DNA of 64,000 nucleotides. Origin: Veleropilina oligotropha. Lineage: Eukaryota. The notes under the pieces are model-generated. The model saw only the letters and a program-made list of their open reading frames with translations, was not told the DNA's origin and did no database searches. The translations under genes were made by a program, and so were the position numbers. The stretch is taken from assembly GCA_048128005.1 (NCBI GenBank), contig JBEUKZ010000058.1, positions 186,001 to 250,000 of the forward strand, read 5' to 3'. Below are positions 51,828 through 64,000 of the stretch, piece by piece; position 1 is the stretch's first letter; each line of letters begins with the position of its first letter.

Positions 51828-52577
51828 TCCCATTGAACAAGCAGTGCCAGTGGCAGGTGAAGAATCCCTGCAGCATACGCTGCGGGGTAGGAATAAAACA
51901 ACACCGACATGAAACTCATCGCAGAGATGTATCCAAAGTACTAAGCACGGGCAACATACCAGGCGTACATTCTGTATACATGTATGTGACATCGTCAATC
52001 GCTATCCTCATACTGTATATGCACTGTAATTATGCACAAATATAATATAACGATGAAAGTAGCATTCTACTCATCACGTTTTAAGTTTAGTGACTTCAGA
52101 GGTCTTGTTTAAATGTGGTTGTCAAGAAATCAATATCCATTATATCAGCAAGATGAAAGACACGACAGGATGTTAATAGGATTCTCGCATCACTTCTCAT
52201 CAAAGAACAAATTGAAGGGAAAATTTGATCAATGTGAACAGCATTCTGTCTGCTCTTTGACAATGTTGACCACACAGCCTTCGGTGAGAATGACAACAAG
52301 GATGGAAACGGTCGATGTAATTGCAGGAATATTTTTCTATGACACTACAACACGTCAGGTTGAACAAACATTGAAGATGAACCACTGAGTTGTAAACCAA
52401 GAGATTAAAGAATAATCTAGGTTAGTGCTTGACATTTGTTCCAAGAATAAGCCAAGGTCACCGTGCTAACTCTTTCACTTTATTCAATCTCCAAATAAGA
52501 TGACATAGTATACTGACAATAAGGATATTCATCAAAACATGTTCATATGGCCTTGACCTTTCACTCAGTGACCTCAG

Positions 52578-52890
52578 CAGGGGTAGAAATTCACAGAAAA
52601 AATAACTTGCATCAAGCGCAAGTGACCACCAATAATCACTTGCACCAAATAATATTTACTTGCACTTATCTATGATATGTAAAATGAAGCATATTAACAC
52701 TGCATTGCAAGATTGGATTTAATCAACAAGCTTTTTCAGATATGTATATGTAAAATGAAAAAAACTGATGTAGAGGAAGTGTCATCAAATTGTTCTACTT
52801 GCGCAGTGCGCAAGTTCAGGTTAGATCTAACTTGTGTTTCAGAATTTTTACTAGCTTTGCGCAAGCACATATAGGGAATTTCGAACCCTG
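52578..52890. mobile_element. hAT-like MITE with 8-bp TSD
   Basis: CAGGGGTAGAAATT / AATTTCGAACCCTG; GACCTCAG / GACCTCAT flanks; ACTTGC motifs. Confidence 0.8.
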
Positions 52891-53047
52891 GACCTCATCT
52901 TCTATCTTGGTTCACTTCAGTCACTATGGTATCAATGAAAGGCATTAATGTACAGTATAGCAGTATCTATAGACATATAAATATACAGTCATGTATAATA
53001 TTAACGTTGAAGATTGTTCACTTTATTTAACATTGCAAGGTGCATAT

Positions 53048-53456
53048 ATATAGAGGATATCGAACGAGTATCCATTTCATATGAGAATTATGAAACGAGT
53101 CGGGCACAATTTACGTACCGAGCCTTGGCGAGGTACATAAATTTGCTGACGAGTTTCATAATTCTCATATGAAATGGAAAAAAGTTTGATATATTCTTTA
53201 TCACATGATTTTATTCACCTTTAAACTTATTTTATTACGTTTTTAAACTCATTCCTGTCATTAATTTCAGTCATTAAACGGCCTGCCTCAGACGCAGCAC
53301 GCCTCGACAGCACGTGCCACCTAATCAACTTGGCGCCAGATGCAACGACATGGCGTCATGCTCGCCCTCATATGCATACTTATGACACTCGTCTTTTCGT
53401 ATCGAAATTTATGGAACGGCTTCTACCGTTCCAAAACAGCTTTGTCATGTGATAAA
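53048..53456. repeat. Palindromic interspersed element
   Basis: TCCATTTCATATGAGAATTATGAAAC mirrored by GTTTCATAATTCTCATATGAAATGGA; TTTATCACATGA (53197) inverted to TCATGTGATAAA (53445). Confidence 0.7.
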
Positions 53457-53479
53457 GTGTTATAAACACAGCATTTGTG

Positions 53480-55401
53480 TTGAAGCTCTAGACACAGTTC
53501 TTCTTCTCCAATGTAACAGAATGCAAGTTCTCAGCTATAGACACAGTTTTTCTTCTCCAATGTAACAGAATGCAAGTTCTCAGTTGAAGCTCTAGACACA
53601 GTTCTTCTTCTCCAATGTAACAGAATGCAGGTTCTCAGCTAGAGACACAGTTCTTCTTCTCCAATGTAACAGAATGCAGGTTCTCAGCTATAGACACAGT
53701 TCTTCTTCTCCAATGTAATAGAATGCAAGTTCTCAGCTATAGACACAGTTCTTCTTCTTCAATGTAACAGAATGCAAGTTCTCAGCTATAGACACAGTTC
53801 TTCTTCTTCAATGTAACAGAATGCAAGTTCTCAGTTGAAGCTATATATAATAATAGATACAGTTCTTCTTCTCCAATGTAACAGAATGAAAGTTCTCAGC
53901 TATAGACACAGTTCTTCTTCTCCAATGTAACAGAATGCAGGTTCTCAGCTATAGACACAGTTCTTCTTCTCCAATGTAACAGAATGCAAGTTCTCAGTTA
54001 TAGACATGGTTCTTCTTCTCGAAATTTATAAAACGGCTTCTACCGTTCCATAACAGCTTTGTCATGTGATAGAGTGTTATAAACGCAGCATTTGTGTTGA
54101 AGCTCTAGACACAGTTCTTCTTCTCCAATGTAAACAGAATGCAGGTTCTCAGCTATAGACACAGTTCTTCTTCTCCAATGTAACAGAATGCAGGTTCGCT
54201 CTAGACACAGTTCTTCTTCTCCAATGTAACAGAATGCAGGTTCTCAGCTATAGACACAGTTCTTCTTCTCCAATGTAACAGAATGCAGGTTCTCAGCTTT
54301 AGACACAGTTCTTCTTCTCCAATGTAACAGAATGCAGGTTCTCAGCTATAGACACAGTTCTTCTTCTCCAATGTAACAGAATGCGGGTTCTCAGCTATAG
54401 ACAGTTCTTCTTCTCCAATGTAACAGAATGCAAGTTCTCAGATATAGACACAGTTCTTCTTCTCCAATGTAACAGAATGCAAGCTCTCAGTTGAAGCTAT
54501 AGACACAGTTCTTCTTCTCCAATGTAACAGAATGCAAGTTCTCAGCTATAGACACAGTTCTTCTTCTCCAATGTAAAAGAATGCAAGTTCTCAGCTATAG
54601 ACACAGTTCTTCTTCTTCAATGTAACAGAATGCAAGTTCTCAGTTGAAGCTATAGACACAGTTCTTCTTCTCCAATGTAACAGAATGTAAGTTCTCAGCT
54701 ATAGACAGTTCTTCTTCTCCAATGTAACAGAATGCAAGTTCTCAGCTCTAGACACAGTTCTTCTTCTCCAATTAAAAGAATGCAAGTTCTCAGCTATAGA
54801 CACAGTTCTTCTTCTGCAATGTAACAGAATGCAGGTTCTCAGCTATAGACACAGTTCTTCTTCTCCAATGTAACAGAATGCAAGTTCTCAGCTATAGACA
54901 CAGTTCCTCTTCTCAAATGTAACAGAATGCAAGTTCTCAGCTATAGACACGGTTCTTCTTCTCCAATGTAACAGAATGCAAGTTCTCAGCTATAGACACA
55001 GTTATTCTTCTCAGCTATAGACACGGTTCTTCTTCTCCAATGTAACAGAATGCAGGTTCTCAGCGATAGACACAGTTCTTCTTCTCCAATGTAACAGAAT
55101 GCAAGTTCTCAGCTATAGACACAGTTCTTCTTCTCCAATGTAACAGAGTGCAAGTTCTCAGCTATAGACACAGTTCTTCTTTTCCAATGGAACAGAATGC
55201 AGGTTCTCAGCTATAGACACAGTTCTTCTTCTCCAATGTAACAGAATGCAAGTTCTCAGTTATAGACACGGTTCTTCTTCTCGAAATTTATAGAACGGCT
55301 TCTACCGTTCCATAACAGCATTGTCATGTGATAGAGTGTTATAAACGCAGCATTTGTGTTGAAGCTCTAGACACAGTTATTCTTCTCCAATGTAATAGAA
55401 T
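53480..55401. repeat. 49-bp satellite, left arm
   Basis: CTATAGACACAGTTCTTCTTCTCCAATGTAACAGAATGCA(A/G)GTTCTCAG. Confidence 0.97.
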
Positions 55402-58400
55402 TAGTGCTGCAGGAGGGACCAAGTTCTGGGAGGGGACCCATCATCTCTGTACCACATTAGTCCTCATAGCTAATCATTAAGACAAATGTTTCCCAATAAA
55501 GAAAATCGATGATGACAAGCTGGTATGTACGAGGAAAATAATTTATGAGCTTTTGAAGTGAAGTACTATATATGGGATTTTGTGCGAAAACCGAGCATAG
55601 AAAAATGGGGTACGTTCATTCAAAACACAATAACTCTTGACAAAGTACAGTAATCATCACAACACGTATACCATGAGAAAGATAATTGAATTATCATTCT
55701 ATTGACATGTAAATTATGTATTTGAGATGATAATTCTACTCCTTAATTATAATTATAATAGTCATCACATTGAAAATCGGTGTCGATATCTTCGCAAGAG
55801 TCAATTCATACTGTAAACATTGATAGTTATTTTAATATTTCTGATCATTTCAATGGTGGAATGGTGTCACTGTCTATATGATCATTATTCTAATACCATC
55901 ATTATCATAATAAGTATTACTCTAGTGATGCGGTGCAGGTATTGTTTTTACCCAACAGTTAAATCAATCTTCCTCCTCTTCTTTATCGGTATATTCATTA
56001 TCTGTATCAGTGTCTTCTTCATACAAAATAGGATTACGGCATAAATTCTCGTCGTCCAGATCAGAGTCCACGGTGATTGAATAACCACAATACAATCACA
56101 AGCTGTTGTGCATGGTTGAGAATTCTTATAACCGGTGCATTGTTCTGTGCACGGTAGGCACCTGCATATAATGTCATTGAGTAGTTCAGGAGCAGGTGGG
56201 CTCTGGTTCATTATAGTTGGTTGCAGATTTCCTGTTATGCTGTGTCGTTCGTAGCCAAACTCTCTTGGATCAGGAAGCTCTGTGTTTGCCTCATTTGCGT
56301 TGCACCAAATAAAGAGTTGGTATGATGCACGCAACACGTGTAATTGGAACGCATCCTCTGTCGGAGGAAGCCTTCAGGGAGAAAAGCGTTTCGCTGCGGC
56401 CATACTTTCACGAACATCGTTGAGCGACTTGCATCCAGGAACTCCGTACATTGCACCAACAAAACGTCGAGCAGCAGCAAGTGATGAAGGGGACAAGGAA
56501 GTTATTGACCCTAATTTCCCCATTGCAGATAGGTCGTCAGCGTTGTTCATCATTATTCTATATGCCTTCTTCTTCCCTTGACCGAACAATGCACTGACAG
56601 TGTCAAAACCACTAACGCAGTAGCAGGACAGCATAACTTTCCTTTGAGGATTTGTAAGTTGATTGTAAATGTCATGCACTGGTATAAATCGTGTTCTGTC
56701 AACATGTTTTCCTTGGTGACCAGTGAAGAAGTAAATTTGGCGAGCATCAATTAAGGCTCTATGATGAACTAGTAGTACAAGTACGTCTGTGTCTGGGCTG
56801 CTGATTACGATTCTCCCTACCCCACCAGAAGCGGCATGAATTGCATGAAGGATAAGGCGTGTGTCAGCCTCTTCATGGTTGGATTTGAGTGCTGGTACAT
56901 CCGTCTCTTTCATCGATTTTGAAACAAAGGTAGTCACGTCGTCTTTGCTGCTGCCAACGTATAGAGTCTGTGACGGTTCCAAATGATGATGCGCATTATC
57001 AATCATGTGTTTCTTGAAACATTCAGCGAGTCGGCTCTTGTTCTCACCAACGGATAAGAACTGCTTCCAATTTGCTGGAACACGGATTTCCGGACGTACT
57101 TGATAATCTGATCCCGTGTGGTCGGCACCCCTTCGAGACCGAGTTTGTGACTTGATACTGTCTTTTATATATTTGTCGAACACATTGTGGCTCTGCCCTG
57201 ACGTACAACCCACACCTTTAGCCATTGACATTACCCTGCAAAGGTATTGCGCGGCAAGTTGACAAAAAGTGGTATCACATGTCGAATTCTTCGAGAATGG
57301 CATCGCTTGAATAAGTGCATGACCGTCAATTATTAATGCATCACAGAAGTCCACAGACATTACTATTCGATCGACCACATGTTCCTCCAGTTTGTGCATA
57401 AAATCTGACTTTGTGCAGGTGTTTATCATTCCCTCGTCAGTGAATAAGCTCTGGGCAATTGGTGCATTCTCAAATGACATCACACGTGACAAAGGCACAT
57501 GTTTCTGAGAGTTCGTAGCCAGTAGTCTCATATACAACTGTTGACCATCCAAAGAAACTGCCTTTCCACTCAATTTGTGTTTCTTTCGCATCTGAGTCAT
57601 TGTCAATATACCTGCTCTCTGGATAGGGGCATAAAAACTCTTGGATGATGCAGGATCATTGCTGCACAGGTGTTCTGTGACAAAACGCTCTGCCATCCTC
57701 TCACCTTTGTCTAAGGCTCCAAGTTAACTTTCTTGAATCTGTGGTGCTGCAATCACGCCTGTTGAGATGTTTACAAGCTTTTCTGGAGGATCCGATAGGT
57801 CAAATGGATCGACATAGGAGCCGTCAAACATGTTACAAATGTCCGAGACATGTTTGTTCCACTTCTTGGTGTGAGCATATTTCATTTCTCTATGAATATG
57901 CTTGCTTGGATTATTTTTGGATCCGCAAACGTCGAACTTGAACCGAGTAGAATATTGAGCTGTCACTGGGCGAGATAAGAACCATCGTACCAGTGACGGT
58001 CCCCGAAGCGTCAGACCAATGATCCCGCCACCGCCTTTTAATTCTTTGTTTTCAGTTGTTTCCAATGCATAGTCCATCCAAACAGAGTTGAAACGTCCTT
58101 CAGTTAATTTAGCAGCGAAGTTACCACTATCAAATTCATGTTTGATTTCTGAAGGAAGCTGTTTCATGCTGAGAAGCATAACAGGTAGGTACCGGGCGTA
58201 ATTTGTCCTGTTTCCAGCAAAGAGAAGAGGCAAGAATTCCGATTTCGCAGATTGGTGAACATCCCAGCTTCCATCACGTGTAGACCGTATGTATAGCTTT
58301 AGTGGAAGCAATACACGATGTAAGAGGTCATCCCAAAATGCAAAAGTCGGGTGAAGTCTACCATCTTCTCTGAATTCATTTAGCAACGGTTGTAGAAAAG

Positions 58401-59702
58401 CTTCTATAATGTCACGGAGTTTCAACACAATTGTCTTCACCAGGTCTTCTTTGTTTGCATGAAAAGCAGCTTCGAGGTCAGCTAAAAGTTTGCGCAATGT
58501 AGGCGGCATTGTAATGTTCTTTTCTTGGCACCACACCAGAAAACTTATGTAGAATCTGAAATTGAGTGCCTCATCAAGAAGTTTGAATGAGAAGTTTGAA
58601 TGCACGTATGGCACGGTCAAAATCTTTTCCGGATAGAATTTGTCGAACAGTGCCAGCTGCAAACACTCCAGATTCATGAGGCAGTTGACCCAAGCCAGCA
58701 TCGCCATATATATGACCGATAGCAGCGAATACTGCCATCATCAAATGCATGCCTCCTTCGCAAAGAACAACTGATGACAATTCCTCGGGTCGAGTCCATT
58801 GAACTTCAAGAGCTTTCGAAAGAATTCCGAGGTCAAATGTCACCGGAATAAACTTTTGATTCAGTTTAGCCGCAAGATCATTCATTCGGAGAAGTGTCGT
58901 GTATATCGTTGATTTGTCAGTGGGTGTTGCCATGAGAATAGGATTATATGCAACTTTGGATGTCGGTTGTTTGGATGCAGGGCCCAATATTGCATGGTAT
59001 GCACTCCAGGTTGGCTAATTACGTTGATAGCTAGTGTAACTAAAGACACACATTCTGTTAAGAGTATAACTTACCCGTGTTCGAACAAGTTAATTCTTGC
59101 CGATAAGAAGTGCCCACTAATGCGCATGCGCGAAATTCTTGTCTTTAGCGTTTATTTTAATATAATTATAATTAATCGCATTCGCTGTTTATCATCACCA
59201 TCTATCTGCACCTAATATTACACTGGTTATGGATTCATTTGTGACAAAAAGTACCAAATGGTAGTATTTAAATTATTTCGATTGAAATCGTTACCAAAAT
59301 TTTATTCCTAACAGATATGCTACCAAAATTTTCATTTGACGAATGATACACCATCTTGTAGTGAAAAATGATTAAATAATGCATAAATTTATTTAATGGA
59401 AAATCAATTTTCTTTTTAATGATGTATAGTTTGTTAAGATCGGTAAGCCGTGAGTTAAATCGCAGCCGGTCGAGTCGACACACATTCATGTTGTTAAAGG
59501 TAAAAATCCCGAAAACGCAATCGAGGGTGCCTATATTAATATGTATAATAAATGATGTTCCCCCTATTTTCCAGCGTGTCATCAGGCGTTTTCGTGTGTG
59601 GCAATAGTCTGTCTACAATAAAAACGCCTCAAACCTATGTGGTACAGAGAGCATGGGTCATTTCAATTTTAAGCCACTTTTAAGGATATCTCTGCAGCAC
59701 TA
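55402..59702 (-). mobile_element. Academ (XPG-type) DNA transposon
   Basis: TIR TAGTGCTGCAG / CTGCAGCACTA, second inverted block GACCCAT..TCTCTGTACCACAT, AAT duplication at 55399-55401 and 59703-59705. Confidence 0.88.
55948..58987 (-). pseudogene. Academ transposase + XPG/FEN1-like nuclease + Cys-rich tail, with frameshifts and a stop
   Basis: Colinear fragments: TFDLGI..GGMHLMM; LFAGNRTNYARY..DYALE; IIDGHAL..HEEADTRLILHA..SPDTDV..GFDTVS..GQGKKK; ICRC..C..CTTACDC; in-frame TAA at 57724-57726. Confidence 0.88.
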
Positions 59703-61245
59703 AATGCAGGTTCTCAGCAATAGACACAGTTCTTCTTCTCCAATGTAACAGAATGCAGGTTCTCAGCTATAGACACAGTTCTTCTTCTCCAATGTAACAG
59801 AATGCAGGTTCTCAGCTATAGACACAGTTCTTCTTCTCCAATGTAACAGAATGCAGGTTCTCAGCTATAGACACAGTTCTTCTTCTCCAATGTAACAGAT
59901 GCAGGTTCTCAGCTATAGACACAGTTCTTCTTCTCCAATGTAACAGAGTGCAAGTTCTCAGCTATAGACACAGTTCTTCTTCTCCAATGTAACAGAATGC
60001 AGGTTCTCAGCTATAGACACAGTTCTTCTTCTCCAATGTAACAGAATGCAAGTTCTCAGTTATAGACATGGTTCTTCTTCTCGAAATTTATAGAACGGCT
60101 TCTACCGTTCCATAACAGCTTTGTCATGTGATAGAGTGTTATAAACGCAGCATTTGTGTTGAAGCTCTAGACACAGTTCTTCTTCTCCAATGTAAACAGA
60201 ATGCAGGTTCTCAGCTATAGACACAGTTCTTCTTCTCCAATGTAACAGAATGCAGGTTCTCAGCTCTAGACACAGTTCTTCTTCTCCAATGTAACAGAAT
60301 GCAGGTTCTCAGCTATAGACACAGTTCTTCTTCTGCCAATAACAGAATGCAGGTTCTCAGCTTTAGACACAGTTCTTCTTCTCCAATGTAACAGAATGCA
60401 ATTGTTCTCAGCTATAGACACAGTTCTTCTTCTCCAATGTAACATAATGCAGGTTCTCAGCTATAGACAGTTCTTCTTCTCCAATGTAACAGAATGCAAG
60501 TTCTCAGATATAGACACAGTTCTTCTTCTCCAATGTAACAGAATGCAGGTTCTCAGCTATAGACACAGTTCTTCTTCTCCAATGTAACAGAATGCAGGTT
60601 CTCAGCTATAGACACAGTTCTTCTTCTCCAATGTAACAGAGTGCAAGTTCTCAGCTATAGACACAGTTCTTCTTCTCCAATGTAACAGAATGCAGGTTCT
60701 CAGCTATAGACACAGTTCTTCTTCTCCAATGTAACAGAATGCAAGTTCTCAGTTATAGACACGGTTCTTCTTCTCGAAATTTATAGAACGGCTTCTACTG
60801 TTCCATAACAGCTTTGTCATGTGATAGTGTTATAAACGCAGCATTTGTGTTGAAGCTCTAGACACAGTTCTTCTTCTCCAATGTAACAGAATGCAGGTTC
60901 TCAGCTATAGACACAGTTCTTCTTCTCCAATGTAACAGAATGCAGGTTCTCAGCTCTAGACACAGTTCTTCTTCTCCAATGTAAAAGAATGCAGGTTCTC
61001 AGCTATAGACACAGTTCTTCTTCTCCAATGTAACAGAATGCAGGTTCTCAGCTATAGACACAGTTCTTCTTCTCGAATGTAACAGATTGCAGGTTCTCAG
61101 CTATAGACAGTTCTTCTTCTCCAATGTAACAGAATGCAAGTTCTCAGATATAGACACAGTTCTTCTTCTCCAATGTAACAGAATGCAAGTTCTCAGATAT
61201 AGACACAGTTCTTCTTCTCCAATGTAACAGAATGCAAGTTCTCAA
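59703..61245. repeat. 49-bp satellite, right arm
   Basis: Same unit, resuming in register (AATGCAGGTTCTCAG) after the Academ TIR. Confidence 0.97.
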
Positions 61246-61511
61246 ACGACACAATGTTAGGCTCGATGTAATAGGATTACAATGCAATAACTTTTCTTAA
61301 AATCAGCATCAGCAAAAAACAATTTAGATCATTCCATAACAATTATATGAAATTATACAAATACTCCAGGAGCAGTATACCAATATACAATATGCGTGGG
61401 CCAGTCACGACAATAAATACATACATTATATTAATATAAATACAATAATGGCTGTGACAGTCGGCACATGTATATGAGCGATGCAATAATGATATTATAT
61501 TATTCATGGAA

Positions 61512-61770
61512 ATGAAAGGAAAGGATCGATGCTTAATGTCCTGTTTATTTTCAACCATCATTTGTTCAAACCAGGACGCGGGAGGAAAGCCCGGTCGCCC
61601 GGGTAAACCCGCCCTCTTCAACCAGTCATGGCCAACTGTGATTCATAATTTGAACAAATGTATGATGCCTCAGCCGGGGGTCGAACCCACAACTGTTCGC
61701 GTAAGCAGAATCAAGTCAGTGATTTTCGGAATTCACAACCGTACGTACCACTGTACTGTCGAAGCGGCCC
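61512..61770 (-). mobile_element. SINE, related subfamily, reverse orientation
   Basis: GATGCTTAATGTCCTG..GGGAGGAAAGCCCGGTCGCCCGGGTAAACCCGCCCTCTTC..TCGAACCC..GAAGCGGCC. Confidence 0.8.
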
Positions 61771-62564
61771 ACAATATTCATGAGCTCTTATACATATACT
61801 GATATAGTAGGCCTACATACAACATGATGAATACCTGTTCCCAGCAGATTCATATTGTTTAGCATTTACCTTATTCAGAAACAACCAAACATTATTACAA
61901 TGATCTACGATGTGAATCAGAAATTGCCCGCTACTAGAGACAACGGGACGTTTCACCCTGCCGACTGTATCATTATCCTTTGAAAAATCTAATTCAATGA
62001 ATCTCAATCATATAATATAATTTATATTTTTGTCATGTAAGTCATTGTTAAGTGTGTATCAAGCAATATATTTAGCATGACCATTTTTCAAAACTTTGCA
62101 AATGGATCTTTTGGCAACAGCAATCAAGACTGCTAAGTAATTGTTGACATTTTATTGAGCAGGTTGCATAAGGAATGTCTAATGCTGGCTTGAATGGCGA
62201 TTGAAGGCAATCAGTAGACAGAATCAATACTATGTCCGCAGAGACAACTCAGGTAACGTACGTGAGTGGCATGCCGTGGTCCAGAGAGCGAGCGCCCACT
62301 CGTAACAGCTAGGTCATACTACCAGCAAGGCGTCACTTGCCGGCTATATATAATGGTATGTAAAGTCTATCAATGTGTCTGATTTATTATGAACAACACT
62401 GAAGTCTATTTGACAGAACACATCTTAACCAAGGGAATAAGAGTTAAGACACCAGTAAATATTATAAGCATAACATATGATCCTTTATTATGAAATAATG
62501 TATGAACAATTTCCATATAACTTTCAATCGTAGCCATGACACAATCATCTATTCAATATTGTTG

Positions 62565-62850
62565 ACGTGGCTCAGCAGGTTGTTCACGTTCGATTTAAGT
62601 CTCGGCGATTTAACTTGGGTAATGAAATAAGAACATATTTGCCTCGGTCCACCCAGCCTGATCATCTAAATAGGTACCTGGTTGGCAGTTATGTAAGTCA
62701 CAGCGATATACCTGCATGTAATGCTCCATGAGTGGGGAGAGACGGCATATTGAGTGGAATAGGCAAATAACCATGCATGCATGCAGGCCGTTATCTAGGG
62801 ATAATAATGTTGTTAAACGTTAAGATTAAATCAAAGACAGTAACGAATAA
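62565..62850 (+). mobile_element. Degenerate CORE-type SINE
   Basis: GTGGCTCAG head, GTTCGATT, GCCTCGGTCCACCCAG..AAATAGGTACCTG central block. Confidence 0.4.
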
Positions 62851-63159
62851 ATAATCACTGAATTTTCCTATTGAACACAATGCGATCAATTAGTATATCA
62901 TAAAATAAATAGGGATTGAACTGCATTTTGGTTGCGTTTATGCTGGTATGAATGCAACCAGCAACTAGAGGAGTTGTTTTTGTGTGAACAAAAACATATG
63001 TCTCCCCATGTAAGAGAAATCACTCCATATTGAGACCCCCATGAAGTTTGGAAAGTCACGAACTGGGAGAGTGTAAATATATTTGATGAAATGGCCATGG
63101 ATGGATTTATGCAAATGTCCTGAATATTTACACCCTTCATGTTCAAGGCATGGGAACCT

Positions 63160-64000
63160 ATGAAGATGACAAGAATTTTAGCAAGTCAAAGGTCATTACG
63201 GCAAAGTCAAAGGTCATTTTCGGAAAATTACGCCTCCTTGCACAATAAGGGCAGATAGGATATCACAGGAAATCATGCTGGCATGTATAGGACTCGAGAT
63301 CTAGCCCGGACAAGGTGTATATCAGGAAAGTACATTTTGACCTCTGTGACCTTGACCTTTGACCGAACAGCAAACTGAACATTGTTATGTAATTTACTCA
63401 CCCACAGGGGAAAGTTGGCGAAAAATAATTAAGAAAACAACAAAATATAACTAGAAATATGTCCATCGGACACGAATGCCCCCACTGGCAGCCTTGACCA
63501 TAGAGGCAGTGTACAAAGTATCAAGTCAATCCATGAAGGCAAATAGAAGTTATAGCAGATTGGAGTTGCTTACACGCAAATACTGCTTGCTTACACGCAA
63601 ATACTGCCCCGGACGGGACGGGACGGACGGACGGGACGGACAAGAGTAAATCTAAATGCCACCCCAATAAATTGGTGGTGGCATAAAAATGCTCAAATAT
63701 GGATTTTTTTTATGAAGGGTAAGGTCAAAAGTGCAAAATTTTAGCACCCTGCACATGCTTCATGTGTGGACCATGCATCTTCAAAGAAATTAGAAGGATA
63801 AGATTTGACATCACCGAGAACCAGATCTTAGTCATTAGGTCAAGGTCGAAGGTCGTTTCCGCAAAATTTTGCCAAAAAGCACAATGGCAAGATAGGGTGG
63901 TTTAACATACCAAAGGAATTCATGCTGGCATGTATAGGACCTGAGATGTAGCCCGGACAAGGTGTGTGTTAGAGGAAGTACATTTTGACCTCTGTGACCT
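63160..64000. repeat. Diverged GACCTT-type repeat units flanking the 63449 element
   Basis: CATGCTGGCATGTATAGGAC..TAGCCCGGACAAGGTG..AAGTACATTTTGACCTCTGTGACCT at ~63274-63352 and ~63921-64000. Confidence 0.7.
63449..63689 (+). mobile_element. Short HINE-like element
   Basis: AACTAGAAATATGTCCATCGGACACGAATGCCCCCAC start, (GGAC)n, 3' hairpin ATGCCACC..GGTGGCAT plus A-run. Confidence 0.75.

Noticed and set aside
50990..52390. Possible host exons (GC-richer patch at 51000-51230; ORF 52113-52388)
   Set aside because: No recognisable domain and no consistent acceptor/donor pairs; cannot be excluded without RNA data
53146..53176. Hammerhead ribozyme core (CTGACGA...GAAA)
   Set aside because: Stem II and the flanking stems do not form in the required register; explained by the palindrome
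56374..57696. Cellular FEN1/XPG gene
   Set aside because: Colinear with transposase fragments between TIRs with a TSD; it is the Academ nuclease domain
53480..61245. CRISPR-like repeat/spacer appearance
   Set aside because: Units are head-to-tail, the interrupting segment is the same each time, no cas genes, eukaryotic context

Overview
AT-rich eukaryotic (animal, most likely lophotrochozoan/mollusc-like) non-genic DNA made almost entirely of nested transposable elements and satellites; I see no convincing host gene, rRNA, tRNA gene or CRISPR array. Main items: (1) an L2-like LINE with an otherwise intact 1048-aa endonuclease+RT ORF split by a 4.0-kb DIRS-type element that has perfect 208-bp inverted LTRs, a complete internal complementary region and an intact gag but no RT/RNase H/tyrosine recombinase, inside a five-level nest (4.6-16.4 kb); (2) a degenerate DD34E Tc1; (3) a 10.3-kb EnSpm/CACTA-like element with a transposase remnant and a divergently oriented, intron-containing BEN-domain gene, itself hit by MULE, hAT-like and Harbinger-like MITEs; (4) a 4.3-kb Academ (XPG-type) transposon in a 49-bp satellite; (5) many Helentron-type non-autonomous elements (HINEs) with ~150-170-bp internal repeats, a tRNA-derived SINE family with TSDs, and 26-, 39-, 44- and 49-bp satellites. 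Coordinates were read by eye; family names come from motif recognition, not database searches.
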